A DNA stretch of 64,000 nucleotides from Moniliella sp. 'wahieum' (taxonomy: Eukaryota). A program made the position numbers and the translations under genes. Location: the NCBI GenBank assembly GCA_003971905.1, contig RSEE01000003.1, positions 558,001-622,000 on the forward strand. The letters are read 5' to 3'. Below the pieces are notes generated by a model. It worked only from the letters and a program-made list of their open reading frames with translations. It searched no databases and was not told the DNA's origin. Positions 41,833 through 53,999 of the stretch are shown here, piece after piece (the stretch's first letter is position 1; every line of letters starts with the position of its first letter).

Positions 41833-44800
41833 TCAGAGGGGCTGGAGGTGGAAGAGGCGGCATGACGGATCGAGCTTCCTCGACCCTCTTCTACAAGTCG
41901 GAGGTGCAATCCCATCGCCGGCTGACACACGGGTAGGCCCTTGAGGATGGGCACAGCATTGCATGCAAATTGCACGATGGGGTCATTGGTGTTGAGCGAT
42001 TGGGCCATCATCTGCACCTCGTTCACGGGCATACGCTGCAGTGCCGGCAACAGGGAATTGGTCACTTGTTCCGGACTAAGCACAGCCAGGATGGTAGGCA
42101 GAAGATCGCCCACAATTGTGGTGATGTTGATCGGAATGTCCAAGACGGTGGCAAGGTAGGTGGTGTAGATGTCATACCTGTCCAAAGTGTTAGTATACAC
42201 GGTAGAATATGTCAAGCAGGAGAGGGTTTGGAAGGGGAGGCGTACTCGGTGTAAGACAGGGAGGGGATCACATATCCTCCCTCAATTTCCGCCTTGATCG
42301 TCGCTTCGATGGAGAGAGGCTGAGTGAGTAGGTCGAGAGAGAACAGCAAGCCGCGGGTCATGGTAAATTTACGGGGATGCGGCCCGTTTCGCCTGGATTC
42401 ACCTGGACGGGGGAATGATATCTTGATCCACGGTGGCGCGGATAAGGGATGGATCACCTTCCCTTCGAGCCAGCTTTCCAAACCAATGCGGAGATGCGCT
42501 CGACCGTCAAGGCGGCTGCGAGCGGATTGTGGATAGACAGCTGTGCCTGCCCCTTGCTGTCGAAAACGCCGGCAAAACAGGGATAGTCAAATCCAGCTCC
42601 AGCACCAACCTGCCCCTGCTCCAGGAAGAACGGTGGGCATATCGAGCCCATACAATGCCGGCACCAGCGAGTCATAGGGAGATGCAGGGTAGAGATTTTC
42701 TGTGGGCACCCCTCCCACCTTAATGGGGGTCATGGGGTATGGCTCCCCCTCCCGTACCATTGTTTGCTGGCCCCAAGTACTGCCGGATCAAATCAAGCGC
42801 AATCGGATCAGGGGTTGCTGGGCTCATAGTAAAATCGAACCGGAACGGCGTTGTCTCCCGGGAGTAGGTTCAGCTTAGGCAGGAGGAACGCCCGGCCCAC
42901 GTCTTCTCCTCGGTAAAACATGGGCAGATAGAGGTCGCGCGTTAAGATCGATATGTTACTCGGGTTGGGCAATGTAACGGTAAGAGTAACAATAAGATAC
43001 TCGGGGGTGGACCCCGCAATGCTCACCCCGGACAAGGGGGCTTGGTGGTTGAATGAGTTGATGCCCTTGAGAGAGGAGGGCACATTGATGGTGATTGGTG
43101 ATCTCGATGGTCCCAATGTGAGTGTTGCGCGTACGACTGCCTGCCCAACCAGCTGGAGGTCCAACTCGGGTGTGTCCGCAGCCGCAGCGACAAATTTGTC
43201 AAATGTGCGTTGTTGAGAGACAAGAGGTTTTCATCTTGGAAAGCGAGAACCAGGGGAGAGTGATGCTCTGGTCCAGTAGACACCTCTCTCCCACATCCCT
43301 CATGGGCAGGTTGAGCTGAGCGCGGCGACATTTCAAACATGATCGTGTGATAGCCGCACTGACTTGGGTCGGAGCCAGGGTGAAATGAATGGGATTGGCG
43401 TACATGGCCAGCGTATCCTTGCTTGAAGGGGATGTTGTAGGATACGATGGCCGGGTCCCCCGATAAGTCCAACTCCAAATCCAACAGCGTCACCGAAAAT
43501 AACCTCATACGCCTTTCCCACCAGCGTCACATTGAGCTGGAGGGTGGAGAAGGCATCGGATAACCAGCCCACCCTCCCGTTTGATAAGGAGTGTCCACCT
43601 CCACTCCTTGTACCACTAGACTCAGATTGTTTCCCTGTAGGAATTCAGAGAATAACACCCGAGGTTATTCAGCCCCGTCTGGGATGTCTGCCGCACCAGC
43701 TGCCCATTCAGCACCGTCGAGGTTACAGCCACGGGAGCTAAGGAAAGTCCATCGGCTGAGCGGAACCCAGCTCAGTTCCTTGGAAGAAGAGGTTGAACTT
43801 GGCGGTATTGAGCTCGATGCCCAGCGTTGCTGGCGACGGGATATTCGCCCCTACTGAGATGGAGAGGTAGTCGGATCCCTCGCCGGGAATGTCAAAGGTG
43901 GTGGTGGCCACACCAGGGAGTCCATTGAACGCCTGGAATGTCACGTTTTGACCAGGTTCACCTCCGAGAAGGTGATCCCCAGAGCCAAGACATTCACTTG
44001 GGAGCTGCTGATCTCCCAGGTAAATGATGGATGTGGAGAATGTACTGGGCAAAGGCGGTGAATGCAGCTTGATCCGTGATATTCACTTGACCGAGATGAG
44101 CAAATTGGGCACACCCTTCCCAGGTATCGTGCAGATGGGAGGTAGACTGATGGTCGCAATGAATGAGCCATTCCATCGAATCTTCAATGGGACGGAAAGT
44201 GATCAACGCATTGGTTGGTGCATCGGTCAGAAGCTCTCCACGTAGGTCCACGTTGAGTCCGTCGTCGGTAACGGGGGTAATGTTACCTTGGGCAAAGCCA
44301 ATACGGCCTGATCAACAATCTGCTGGATCAACGGAGCTCCCGCCGGTGCAGAAGGTAAAGTGCCGATTCGTCCGTGTGAATCGGAACAGGGGCCTGGCTG
44401 AAGTAAGAGTCACCCCATACTCATCGATATCGACATCCGTCACGATGGGGATGGTGACTGCCAGCCCTTAAGAGCTTGTAGCATGGCTCCTAGTAGATCA
44501 AATGCCCCATTAGCGGGACAAGAGCTTTCGTCTCCCCCGGCATACCCTGACTTGCGTCGAGGCATTCCCGGGTAAATCAACGATGCGATGAAGGAAGGGA
44601 GGCCAAGGTCCGAGCGAAGTCCCGCTTCCTGAGCCAGTTGCAAAAGCAGGCTACGAGTATTTTGGGGTTCGTATTGAGGCCATAGGAATGGCCTGGCTGA
44701 CGTAGTAGTGTGCCAGGTGCATGAATGACAGGCGACAAATCCGCGTGATGGAGCCCAATGTCAAGTTATTGTACACTTTAGATATGCCGCAAATGCCGTC

Positions 44801-47800
44801 AGTCATTATTGTACGGCACACAGCAGTAAGAGAGGGGACCGTACCAGGAGCTGCTACGATTGATTGATATTCAATGCTGCGGTAAGGGATTGGCAATGTG
44901 ACCATAACAAAACGTCGTTGTCGGCATCAATGTTGCGCGGAACAGTGAGGTTCCTTCGGTGATCAGCAGCTTCCCGAGCGGAGGGATCTCTGTGGTTAGG
45001 CGGATACCTTGCAGGGCTTGGGAGAGGGAAGGTACCTGAGTTGAGTTGTCATATCCTGCCACCACAGCCACTGTGGTCACATTGCCCACATAGTTGTTCA
45101 GTACAGTTTGCCCCGCTTGCACATTCTCTGCTCCCTGAGGGGAATAATGCAAGGCGGTGGGGACAATGTTCTCCATCGGACAGCTACCAGATTCTCGATT
45201 GCTGCCGGACCGACAGGGTGGTCGTTGTACAGAACTTGGAACTGCACATCGCCTGTGCTAATGGTGATGTCCGAGGGGTTGAAGAGGGGGTGTTGAGGTT
45301 GATCTGGAGATAGGAGGGGTAGCCGTGGAAGACGTCCAGATCCGTCACATTGGCTGGACGGGCATTAAAGCCCTGCAAGCCCAAAATGGACGTATTCACT
45401 GCAAACGGAATGTCCGTAATGGTTACCACACCCGCCGCTGTCTCCGCCAAAGCAGTTGCTGCTCCATGAAGTCCGAAGTCCACCTGAGGTTGCAAAGTGG
45501 CATCGGCAAGGAAATGGCTGAAAACGGGGTGAGACGGTCCGGAAGAAACAAAGGGAACATTATCAAACCCGAGCGTGAGCACACGGGTATCCACATCCGT
45601 CTTTGCAGGGGAGGGAGGGATGTCGAGGACCGCCGCATCGCCTGACCCATAGTTGGCAATGAATCGCCCCTGAATTTGGGTGATGTTGATGGGGAACGCG
45701 AACGGGAGGAAAAAGGGGCCGTGGTGTTGACACTACTGGCGGCAGGGCTCCAGGCCGAGGAGGGGGTGAAGCCCAAAGAAAGCTGATTGAGCGTGACACC
45801 ACGGATGACGCCGAATCTTGCAGCGGGAAGCGTGACCGGAATACTAAGCACCTTAATTGCGTTGTTGAGCCAGGACACATTGGCTGGCCCAGCATGGTCA
45901 CCGTTAACAACCAGGGCCGTTGGGATGTCATGCACAAAATTGGTAAACACAGTGCTAAGTACAGCTTGTCCTGCACTCGTGGATTGCTGAAGCAACTGGC
46001 CAGAGAGATTGAGAGGCGTTTGGCCGAGTGCGGCCAATGTGAAGGTGTTGGCGGCTGCGGCAGGACCCAGCAATGTATTGTTCCCTACCACGTCCACCCC
46101 AAAAGTAGACAGTTCCATACCCAACTGGGAGGGATTATTGATGAGAGTGCTGACGTCAAGATGAATCCCTCCTTGAGGATCGTTCCCTGGCAAGTCAAAT
46201 GAGTTGATCTGGACCTCTCCCTTTAGGCCATTGAAGCCAGTGAGCACAACCTTCTTGGACAGGGTAATGTTAGGCACCGAAATACCAAGCGCATCCACCA
46301 CGATCCCCCAGCTGTGATGTCCCACGCAAAAGAAGGACCGGTAAGCGCCGCCTTGGTAAATTCCTCCATAAACGTCACGTTGCCCACTTGGAATACTGTT
46401 GTCACATTAATCGTCGCTCCCACATCCCCAACCAAGGTGATGTCTGGGAACGCAATCTGGCCCAACAGTCGGCCATCGTAGTTGACCTGCATCCCCTGGG
46501 GAAAGTGAACCAGACCGTCAAACGGCCCAGCCTCTGTGGGGTGCCTTGCATTTGCACCCCAAACGTCGTCTCTTGAGGATTGAGGACTGTGACCGTATCA
46601 ATCGCGAGGAGTGCCTTGTCCACAATCCGCTGAACAATCGGCTGGGCGAGAACGGGGAGAAGGTAGAAGAGCGTATTGTCCGTCGCTAGCGGAACATTAA
46701 GTTGGGCCATCGACAAGGAGGTAGCGTAGTCACCGACCGTTGTGTTGGCCACCACAGATAGGTTGCTGAGCGCATGCGCAAACGCCTCACCCACATAACT
46801 TGTGAGGTTGAAGTCATGAAACATGTTGCGCTTCTGATGGCGATTCACTTGGAGGCCACGCTTGTACAATCCATGCTTCAGCGCATCCTCTTCCTCCGAC
46901 ATGCAACACTCCACTCCGTCGCTCTCCACATCCCTTTTCATCGTCCCCCCCACTGAAAGGTGTACTACCGGCGGTGGTGGCATATCTACTGTCGGAGTGA
47001 GATTGTCCCCCCCACAGCACAGATGCCATCGATGAATCCTGGATCAAGTCCGGCCATTTGAGCATACGCCCGCACCGCCCCAAAGATATCGGGGGGATTG
47101 AGATTTAAAGTGAGTGGGATGGTCGGTGAGAGCGTAGTGGCGTTCGCATTGGCCGGGAAGTTGAGCGCATAATCGATTTTGGCCAAATTGATTCCGTACG
47201 CGAAGACATCCGAAGAAATATGAGTAATGGTCAAGTCGGTACTGAATGGGTTGGCGAGGGAAACCACGGCATCTGCCGTGTCGTTGACAATGCCTGTAGT
47301 GTTGAGCACTTGGAGCTGCGCTTTTGATACCAACGTCTGCTTTAGGCCAGGGAGAATGGTGTTGATCCGAATCTTTTCGAGCGAAGGATTAAGTGAGGTA
47401 ATGGATGAGGAGCCGTTATACCCGTTGATGTAAAGCAAGGTGTCCTGCCCTGATACGAAGCGGTTAAGAGTAACTTGGCCTGTCGGGCCTGCCCGAGGAT
47501 TAAAGACGGCCTGTGCTGTCACATTATTCTCCCCCAAGTCGAGGTGCAGATTGGGCATCGTTACCGTTCCCAAAACCACGTCGTTGACCAATTGGAAGTT
47601 GACCGTGCCGGTGGTGAGGTTCAGGTTCGAGGGGTTGATGATGGTGGTCTGAATTGAGAGTAGCAGTGCATCCGTCGTACCCCCTGTCAGATCCACAGCA
47701 CTGATCACAGTTGGGTACTTGTTCAGTCCCTGGAGTCCCGTCAGTCCCGACTCGACGTCAAAGTTGATAGGAGAGAGGAGGATGCGCCCAACGGGAGTAT

Positions 47801-49385
47801 CGGTCAAGGCGTGAGACACACCAGCAAGACGAGTGGAGGTGTTCACACCAAATACCAACACATCCTGGTACTGGGTCCATAAGTCCTGCTGCGTCTGGTT
47901 ACCCCCTAGCACCAAAGGTGAGAGGGGTAAGGTCAAGGCTAAGGTCCCCGCCGTTGAACCGGCATTTACCACGTCCAAACTTAGAGTCGAATTGGAGTAG
48001 GTACCCTCCACCACACCGACAACCGAGTTGTTATACATCAGCTTGATCATGTCTTGTGTGTCGATAATGTTGAGCTGGAACCCAAACGGCAGACCGATCA
48101 TCGCTTTAAGGTTGTCAGAGAAGGCCAACGGTTGCCAAGGAGAGTCTTCTGAAAAGATGATGCTGAATTCGTCAATCTCAATGGACTTGATGGGGCCGAT
48201 GGGCTGGGTTTGCAGCGGAACGTTGATCGTCAGCGCCTTGATACCCTTTGTTAACCACGAGATCACGTCCCCATTTGCTTGTGTTGCCGAGACACCCTTG
48301 GCCACAACAGGAACGAGTTCGCCATTGATATATTTCGTAAAAATATCGCTGGTGATGTCAAGTGCGGTCTGGTTGGTGTTGTAAGGCAGTAGGCGACCGG
48401 TGAGAAGGATAGTTTGTGACCAGAGGTAATGTTAACCGGTTCAGAACTGGCGCCTGGTCCCATGTAGTGGTTCTTGTAGTAGAGATCCAAATTGAGGTAT
48501 CCTAGCTGCACCGAGAAAGGCGATGGGTTGACCAAGGTGGTCAGGGCTTGGAACGTGATGCCGCCCAAGGGATCGTTACCTGGCAACTGAAAGTCTAGAA
48601 GCTGAACGTCATGGAAGTTGTCAAAGCCGTTGAAGTTGACGTGTTTTTGGAACTTGTAGTTCTTGTACGTTGGCAAGAAGCCAAGAGCCTCAACATGGGT
48701 GTTGTTGCATACGAGGTTCCAGGTAAACCGCGGCTGGGTGACGAGGAACTCGGTAAAACGACCAAACGCTTCCTCATCGGCAATCGTAAACGTCGTGGAT
48801 TGAAGCACCTGACCGTGGCCACTGTCGACACTCACACGCCCCAGTGGGAAGCTTCCCAGGTGTAGCTCCTTCAGTTCTGGGGGTGGGGACATCCAGTAGA
48901 CATCTAGCGGCTCGCGGAAGTACAGCGAGGCTGGGAAAATGCCAGCCTTAATACTCTGTTTCTTAGGGGTCAGGCGGAGTCTGATTTACGCAAGAAAAGG
49001 AGTCAAAAAGGGGATTGCAACGGACCTGTCCAGAGAGCGAGAGAGGAAAAGAGTTGTTGGTGAGTGCGGTCAGGTTGGCCTGATCAATGGCCAATTGAAC
49101 GACATTAAGAGTGTGGTCTGCAATGGCCCAGAGGACGGGGACAAGAGCAATCACTATGCTGACAAGGGCGGTAGGAGGAAGGAAAACAAGAACGAAGAAG
49201 CCCAATTTCTTGGTCAGATACTTTTTCTGGTAGGGCGTACCATGTGCGGCAAAATAACCGATGGGCTGCCCAACCCGATACATCTGCCCAGATCTGCGTG
49301 GGGGAGGGGCATTGGGGTGACGGCGTCGGTGTAGGAGTCCTGCACTGTCGATGGGCGCCCGTATACCCGAGGCGGATGAAGACAT
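41833..49385 (-). CDS. Giant single-pass membrane protein with repeated LEA-2/DUF3712-type beta domains (Tag1-like), roughly 2400 aa
   Basis: N-terminal TM 'FFVLVFLPPTALVSIVIALVPVLWAIA'; recurrent 'FQLPGNDPLGGI...TLVNPSPFSVQLG', 'FDLPGNDPQGGIHL...INNPSQLGMEL', 'TIINPSNLNL', 'TLPNPSNISI' units; ORFs tile about 7.5 kb with many indels. Confidence 0.8.
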
Positions 49386-49594
49386 ATCCCAAGTCCAGGC
49401 TGGTGGAAGTGTGCCAGAGAGAGTGAGTATTGCGCGGCCACAACGTCGGAGCTTGAGGTCCTCGTCCAAGTCTAGGGCCGCGTCCACTGGTGGCAGTCCA
49501 ACGGGCTGTGCACAACGGACGAATGTGGGGAATAAGTGGTGGCGTATCGTATAGGAGTAGTCTCTAGTCATCTTTTTGGGGGGATGAAGACGAG

Positions 49595-51000
49595 CGGGGT
49601 AACCGGTAACCGGTAAGGCCTACGCGGCCTAAGGTCCACGGCGAGGGGACTAGTGACTACTAAAGATACTGAGAGTGTTTCCAGGAGTTGGCACGTGCTA
49701 GGGTACGCCAAAGCACTTGGAACTGTTGCCCCGTCACATGTCACAGTGTGTACACTAAGTACTAACGCATGTAACAAGCACATGTCACACCATCACTGAA
49801 TGTGATATGCGTGACAGACACGTACAACATGTAAAACACATACTGTGAATGTGAAGCGCGAAGACGTTGCTGTCACGGCCCTCTTAGCCAATCAGGTAAA
49901 TATTCTCCTGCACTTCGCCGACCCGGTTTCCGTCTCTCTATACCAGTGCATCATTTGCCTATACCTTGCACTTGGTCTCACTCGTATCGTCCGACCCTTT
50001 TACAGTCGCCCACAAATCGCGATCAGTGCTCCCTCTACCTTCTATAGTTTGCTGGCTTCAAATTGTACCCACATTCGCCGTTAACGCGTACCGTTTAACG
50101 TGTGGCCCACCCTTCTCTCATAGCCTCCTGTACATCTCCTCAAAACAACATCCCTCATTCTCCTCCTTGAACAGCAGACCCTTCCTATAACGGGCGGGCG
50201 AATCATATGCATCACACAGCCCACGGATCGTCTACCATATAATTCAGCAATGCCCCCGTGCTGTGTGTGTACCTGAACATCATGCCTCTAAACATCGTGG
50301 ACGCCAACCCCTGTTGCGTCCCCGGGCCCATTGCCCATTACCAACGCGCTATTGCCCATATCGCGAGCTAGTCAGTAGTCAGTACTCAGTATAGTCAGTA
50401 GTCACTGGTCAGGCCTCAGGGCCTCAGGCCTCACGCGCCTCACGGCCTTACTAGCACCGGCCTCACTCTCACGTGTCACACATCCACAGGACCTCGGCCG
50501 GCCTCGGCGTCAATCAATCGTTAATCGCGTTAACGTTAACGCTTAACACTGGTACTGGCCGGAATGATTAATGATTAATATTAATGATTAATGACCGCTG
50601 ATAGGTGTAAGCCACCGGTGACCACTGACCTATTCATGCATCATGCATCATGACCAATGGAGAGGTAGGATCTAAACGATAAACACGATAAACGTTAAAC
50701 GATGATCGATGATCAACCGGTCGTTGTTGTCTCTTCAAGCTTTTCAGTTTGCACCAGCTGGTCCTCCGCCATACTCGGCCAGTATTACTATAACGCCTAC
50801 TCCGCCCTACTCCGCCCCGCAGCAAACAGTAGATACAGGTCACCGGTCACCGGTCACTAGTCTGTCCTCAGTACCTAGTACACTCAGTACACAACTATGT
50901 ACGCCTTCAGTTGTGTACTCAAAACGTTCTCAACGTTCGAGATTCAACACACGCAACCGCAGTACTACGTACACTCAGTACTCAGTACTCTAAGTACTCC
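49595..51000. repeat. TNA/4-bp-palindrome islands upstream of the Tag1-like gene
   Basis: taa-ccgg-taa-ccgg-taa-ggcc (49600-49620); tca-ggcc-tca (~50410); tga-ttaa-tga (~50565); tca-tgca-tca-tgca-tca (50634-50650); tca-ccgg-tca-ccgg-tca-ctag (50840-50860); tca-gtac-tca-gtac (~50975). Confidence 0.85.
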
Positions 51001-53000
51001 TCTATATATACCCAGTACTCTTGCAGTGGCGTGGGGGGATAGCTTGCATATAGTCTGGTGCCATGGCTCAGACACTCAGTTGACACTATAATAGGCCCGT
51101 TTGTACTATAGTTCGCGCCTTTCCTGTCGTCCTCCTTCTCTATCCCGGCTCCCGTCTGTCCACCATCGCTCCGCTCTCTTCGCTTATTCACTCGTGACCT
51201 CGTTCCCCTTCTCTCTGTAACTGTGATGGATTGTGGCCACATTTCCTGATGTAGACTGTGCTCATCGGAGAGTGTCCGGTTCCATGGCACAACACAGAGT
51301 CATTGAACGACGTTGACCGTGTGGACTTACGCTGAACGTTAACCGATGAGACTGACTGGTCAAGTTGGTCAAGGGTTAAGTGACCGGGTGACTCAATTAC
51401 GGGCCCGTAGTGCAACGCACCTGTGCTCATGCAATGCATCCTGTAGCGCGGTGACGCGTGGGTCATGCATGCGTGCATTGGCCAGTTTGATGTGAAGAGC
51501 ATGCTGTTATAAGGGCCTCCCCGGATTCTATCTAACCTCAAAGGCACGATGCTTCATTCACTATTAGTAGAGCTCTCGCTCTCAAATCCATCAACCAAAA
51601 ACCACCATCGCGGAACGGTGATATCATGTCCGGTGGCCCGAGCGGCCATCGACCCTAGTACGTATTTTCCTTTTGTTGACGATGGTCGCCCCTTTTGCTG
51701 TCCCTGTTTATATTTTCTGCTGTAATCCATGTTTTGCCTCCTCTTCATCCCACTCTACATACGCAGTGAGAGCAACCGCGCGGGCATTGCCATCCCTGTT
51801 TCCTTCAAATTAAAAGTCTTGTAAACACATCATCTCCATCGACCTCCACAGTAAAAGCCTAGTGGGATACAAAAGGTCCGTATTGAGCAGCTGCGCGACC
51901 GCTGTTTGAGGCTGATTTCTGATCCCCCCAGTGTGATCGGAAGAGAAGTCGAGATGCGGGAGCAACTGCTCATCGATAAGGGAGTAATTAATGTAATAGA
52001 GGTTGTGCCGGGCGAATTGGTCGCTAGCCCATGTTGTCACGCAGTATCTCTATTCTACAGTATCAAAACTAGCAATTGCCTGCTTTCTGTGGTGTTCTAC
52101 ATCGTTAATACTCCCGCGATACACCAGGTTTGGGGGCGAATGGCGAGAGCGAGAGGGTCATGACCTGCTGGGGCTCTACTGGCTTGCTGTTTGGGTCGGC
52201 ACGAACTAGCAACACACGCCATATGAGTGCGATCCTGGGAGACAAAAACAGCGCTTCTTTTTTGTAGCCTCTGCCTTGTGCCATATTCCGATGATAGACC
52301 CACTCAGTTTTCCTCCTTCAATGCGCGCCCCTGGGCCTCATGATAGGCGTAAATAGAAGACGGGGGAGTTTACAGAGAGGTGTCGGGGCATTGTGTAAGA
52401 TGCCGGTGCTGACTCTTACTCACTAGTCTTGCGGAGCTGGCGTGTGCTTCGATGAGAGGTCTAATACGAAATGCTGGGCTTGATTTGTGGACATAACTGA
52501 GCGCCCCTCCGTAATATAGGGACAAAGGTAGCCTATGTTTAAATCGACCCGTTCATCCGGAAGGTGCTGCTTGTTAGCGCCAACTCCGTTTAGGAACCAG
52601 GGGAATCGCCAGGAGATCAGGATTCTCTGGCGCCCGCCATCCGTTCCCAACCCGAGGTATAGCGTGTGTGGATACGGATGAACTCGATGAACGTGGTATA
52701 TATCCCAGCGGTAAACCATCTCTGAGTCCTTCCAGTTCCGCAGTCGCCACCAACACGGGGGAAGGCTGGGGCAAAGCCCCAGACCGTTTCAATGCAGACG
52801 CACGATAAAAGTAGAGAAGGTACCTAGACCAAGCCGTACGCCCTGTTGATATGTCGAGGGTGATCGAGAGAGTTGGTGAAGGGGAAAGCTATCCACACAG
52901 GCACTTCTCACTGCGCGGGACCGGTGGGTCCCAAAGAAACATGGATTGGCTTTGCCCTTATATAGGACCAAATCGTGTAACAATGGGGTCTAGAGAACGT

Positions 53001-53554
53001 CCATTTCATTGGCAGACTTAAGAAGGGGGACAGGGGGAACGCTACGTCTAAACCTAACCGTTCATCTTTATCTCTCTAGAAACGCAATAGAAAGGGGAAC
53101 GGAAACAATAACAAGTGGTGCTAGGTTTGGTCTGAGGCATACCCCGAAACCAGTTTCAAATAAGTTTGAGGCAGTTTGTATCTTGGCTCAATCCCAAAGT
53201 TTGGAGCAAGTGCGCTTTATTCAACACGCCCGCTGGTCCTTCGTATTCCATGCAGTCAATATAACTACGGCACCAAGACGGCGGGCAAGTTGTTTGCGCA
53301 TTGGAAGAGTTGGCTACTAAGTCTCAGTGGAATGGTTCCTCGCTCGGATGTCAACCACGTTCCTCCGTGTCCACACGCGCTTACTAGGGTACGGGACCGG
53401 ACGGCGAGAACCGGAAGGTCCTGATATCCTGGCGATCCCACTGGCTTCTTGACCTTAATTAGTGGCGCCCCCAAGTAACCCCCGCGAGATGATCGGTTAG
53501 GTTTACTACGTAGCGTTCCCCCTGTCCCAGCCTTAAGCTCTGTCAATGAAATGG
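53001..53554. mobile_element. MITE-like element with ~67-bp imperfect terminal inverted repeats
   Basis: 53001-53067 CCATTTCATTGGCAGACTTAAGAAGGGGGACAGGGGGAACGCTACGTCTAAACCTAACCGTTCATCT aligns to the reverse complement of 53487-53554 (CCATTTCATTGACAGAGCTTAAGGCTGGGACAGGGGGAACGCTACGTAGTAAACCTAACCGATCATCT); no clear TSD. Confidence 0.6.
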
Positions 53555-53999
53555 CCGCGACTTAGGCATCAGGTTCAAGACATTTGCCCATTGCCTGCGG
53601 GCGCTTCGACCAGTAGCTGCCCTCGGCCCAGCAGCCACTACAGATATCTCTGATCGATGTTGGTTGGCGTTTCTCTTCGCGGCCGTGAAAAGTGCAAGTG
53701 GCATGTGACAACGCGTGACATGCGGCACGTACTCATTTCCACCAAAAGGTTCCGCTCTCATCGGACGCGACGCGTTAAAATGTTGTACGTGTTGATTGGA
53801 AAAAAAACATCGACTTACCAGTGAGCTCAGCGCTCATGATGGATGATGGATGATTAATTATTCATGCATTCATGATGCATGTGTGCATGATGCGTAAGCC
53901 ATGTATTTAAGCGACTGCAATCGCCGTCATTCTTTCTGGACCCACACACCACTTCAACCGTTACGCTACACAGCACCCACCCCCGATTGATACATCACA

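Noticed and set aside
51500..52990. Short ORFs next to the MITE-like element as a transposase remnant
   Set aside because: No DDE, HTH, reverse transcriptase or other mobile-element motif recognised by eye.
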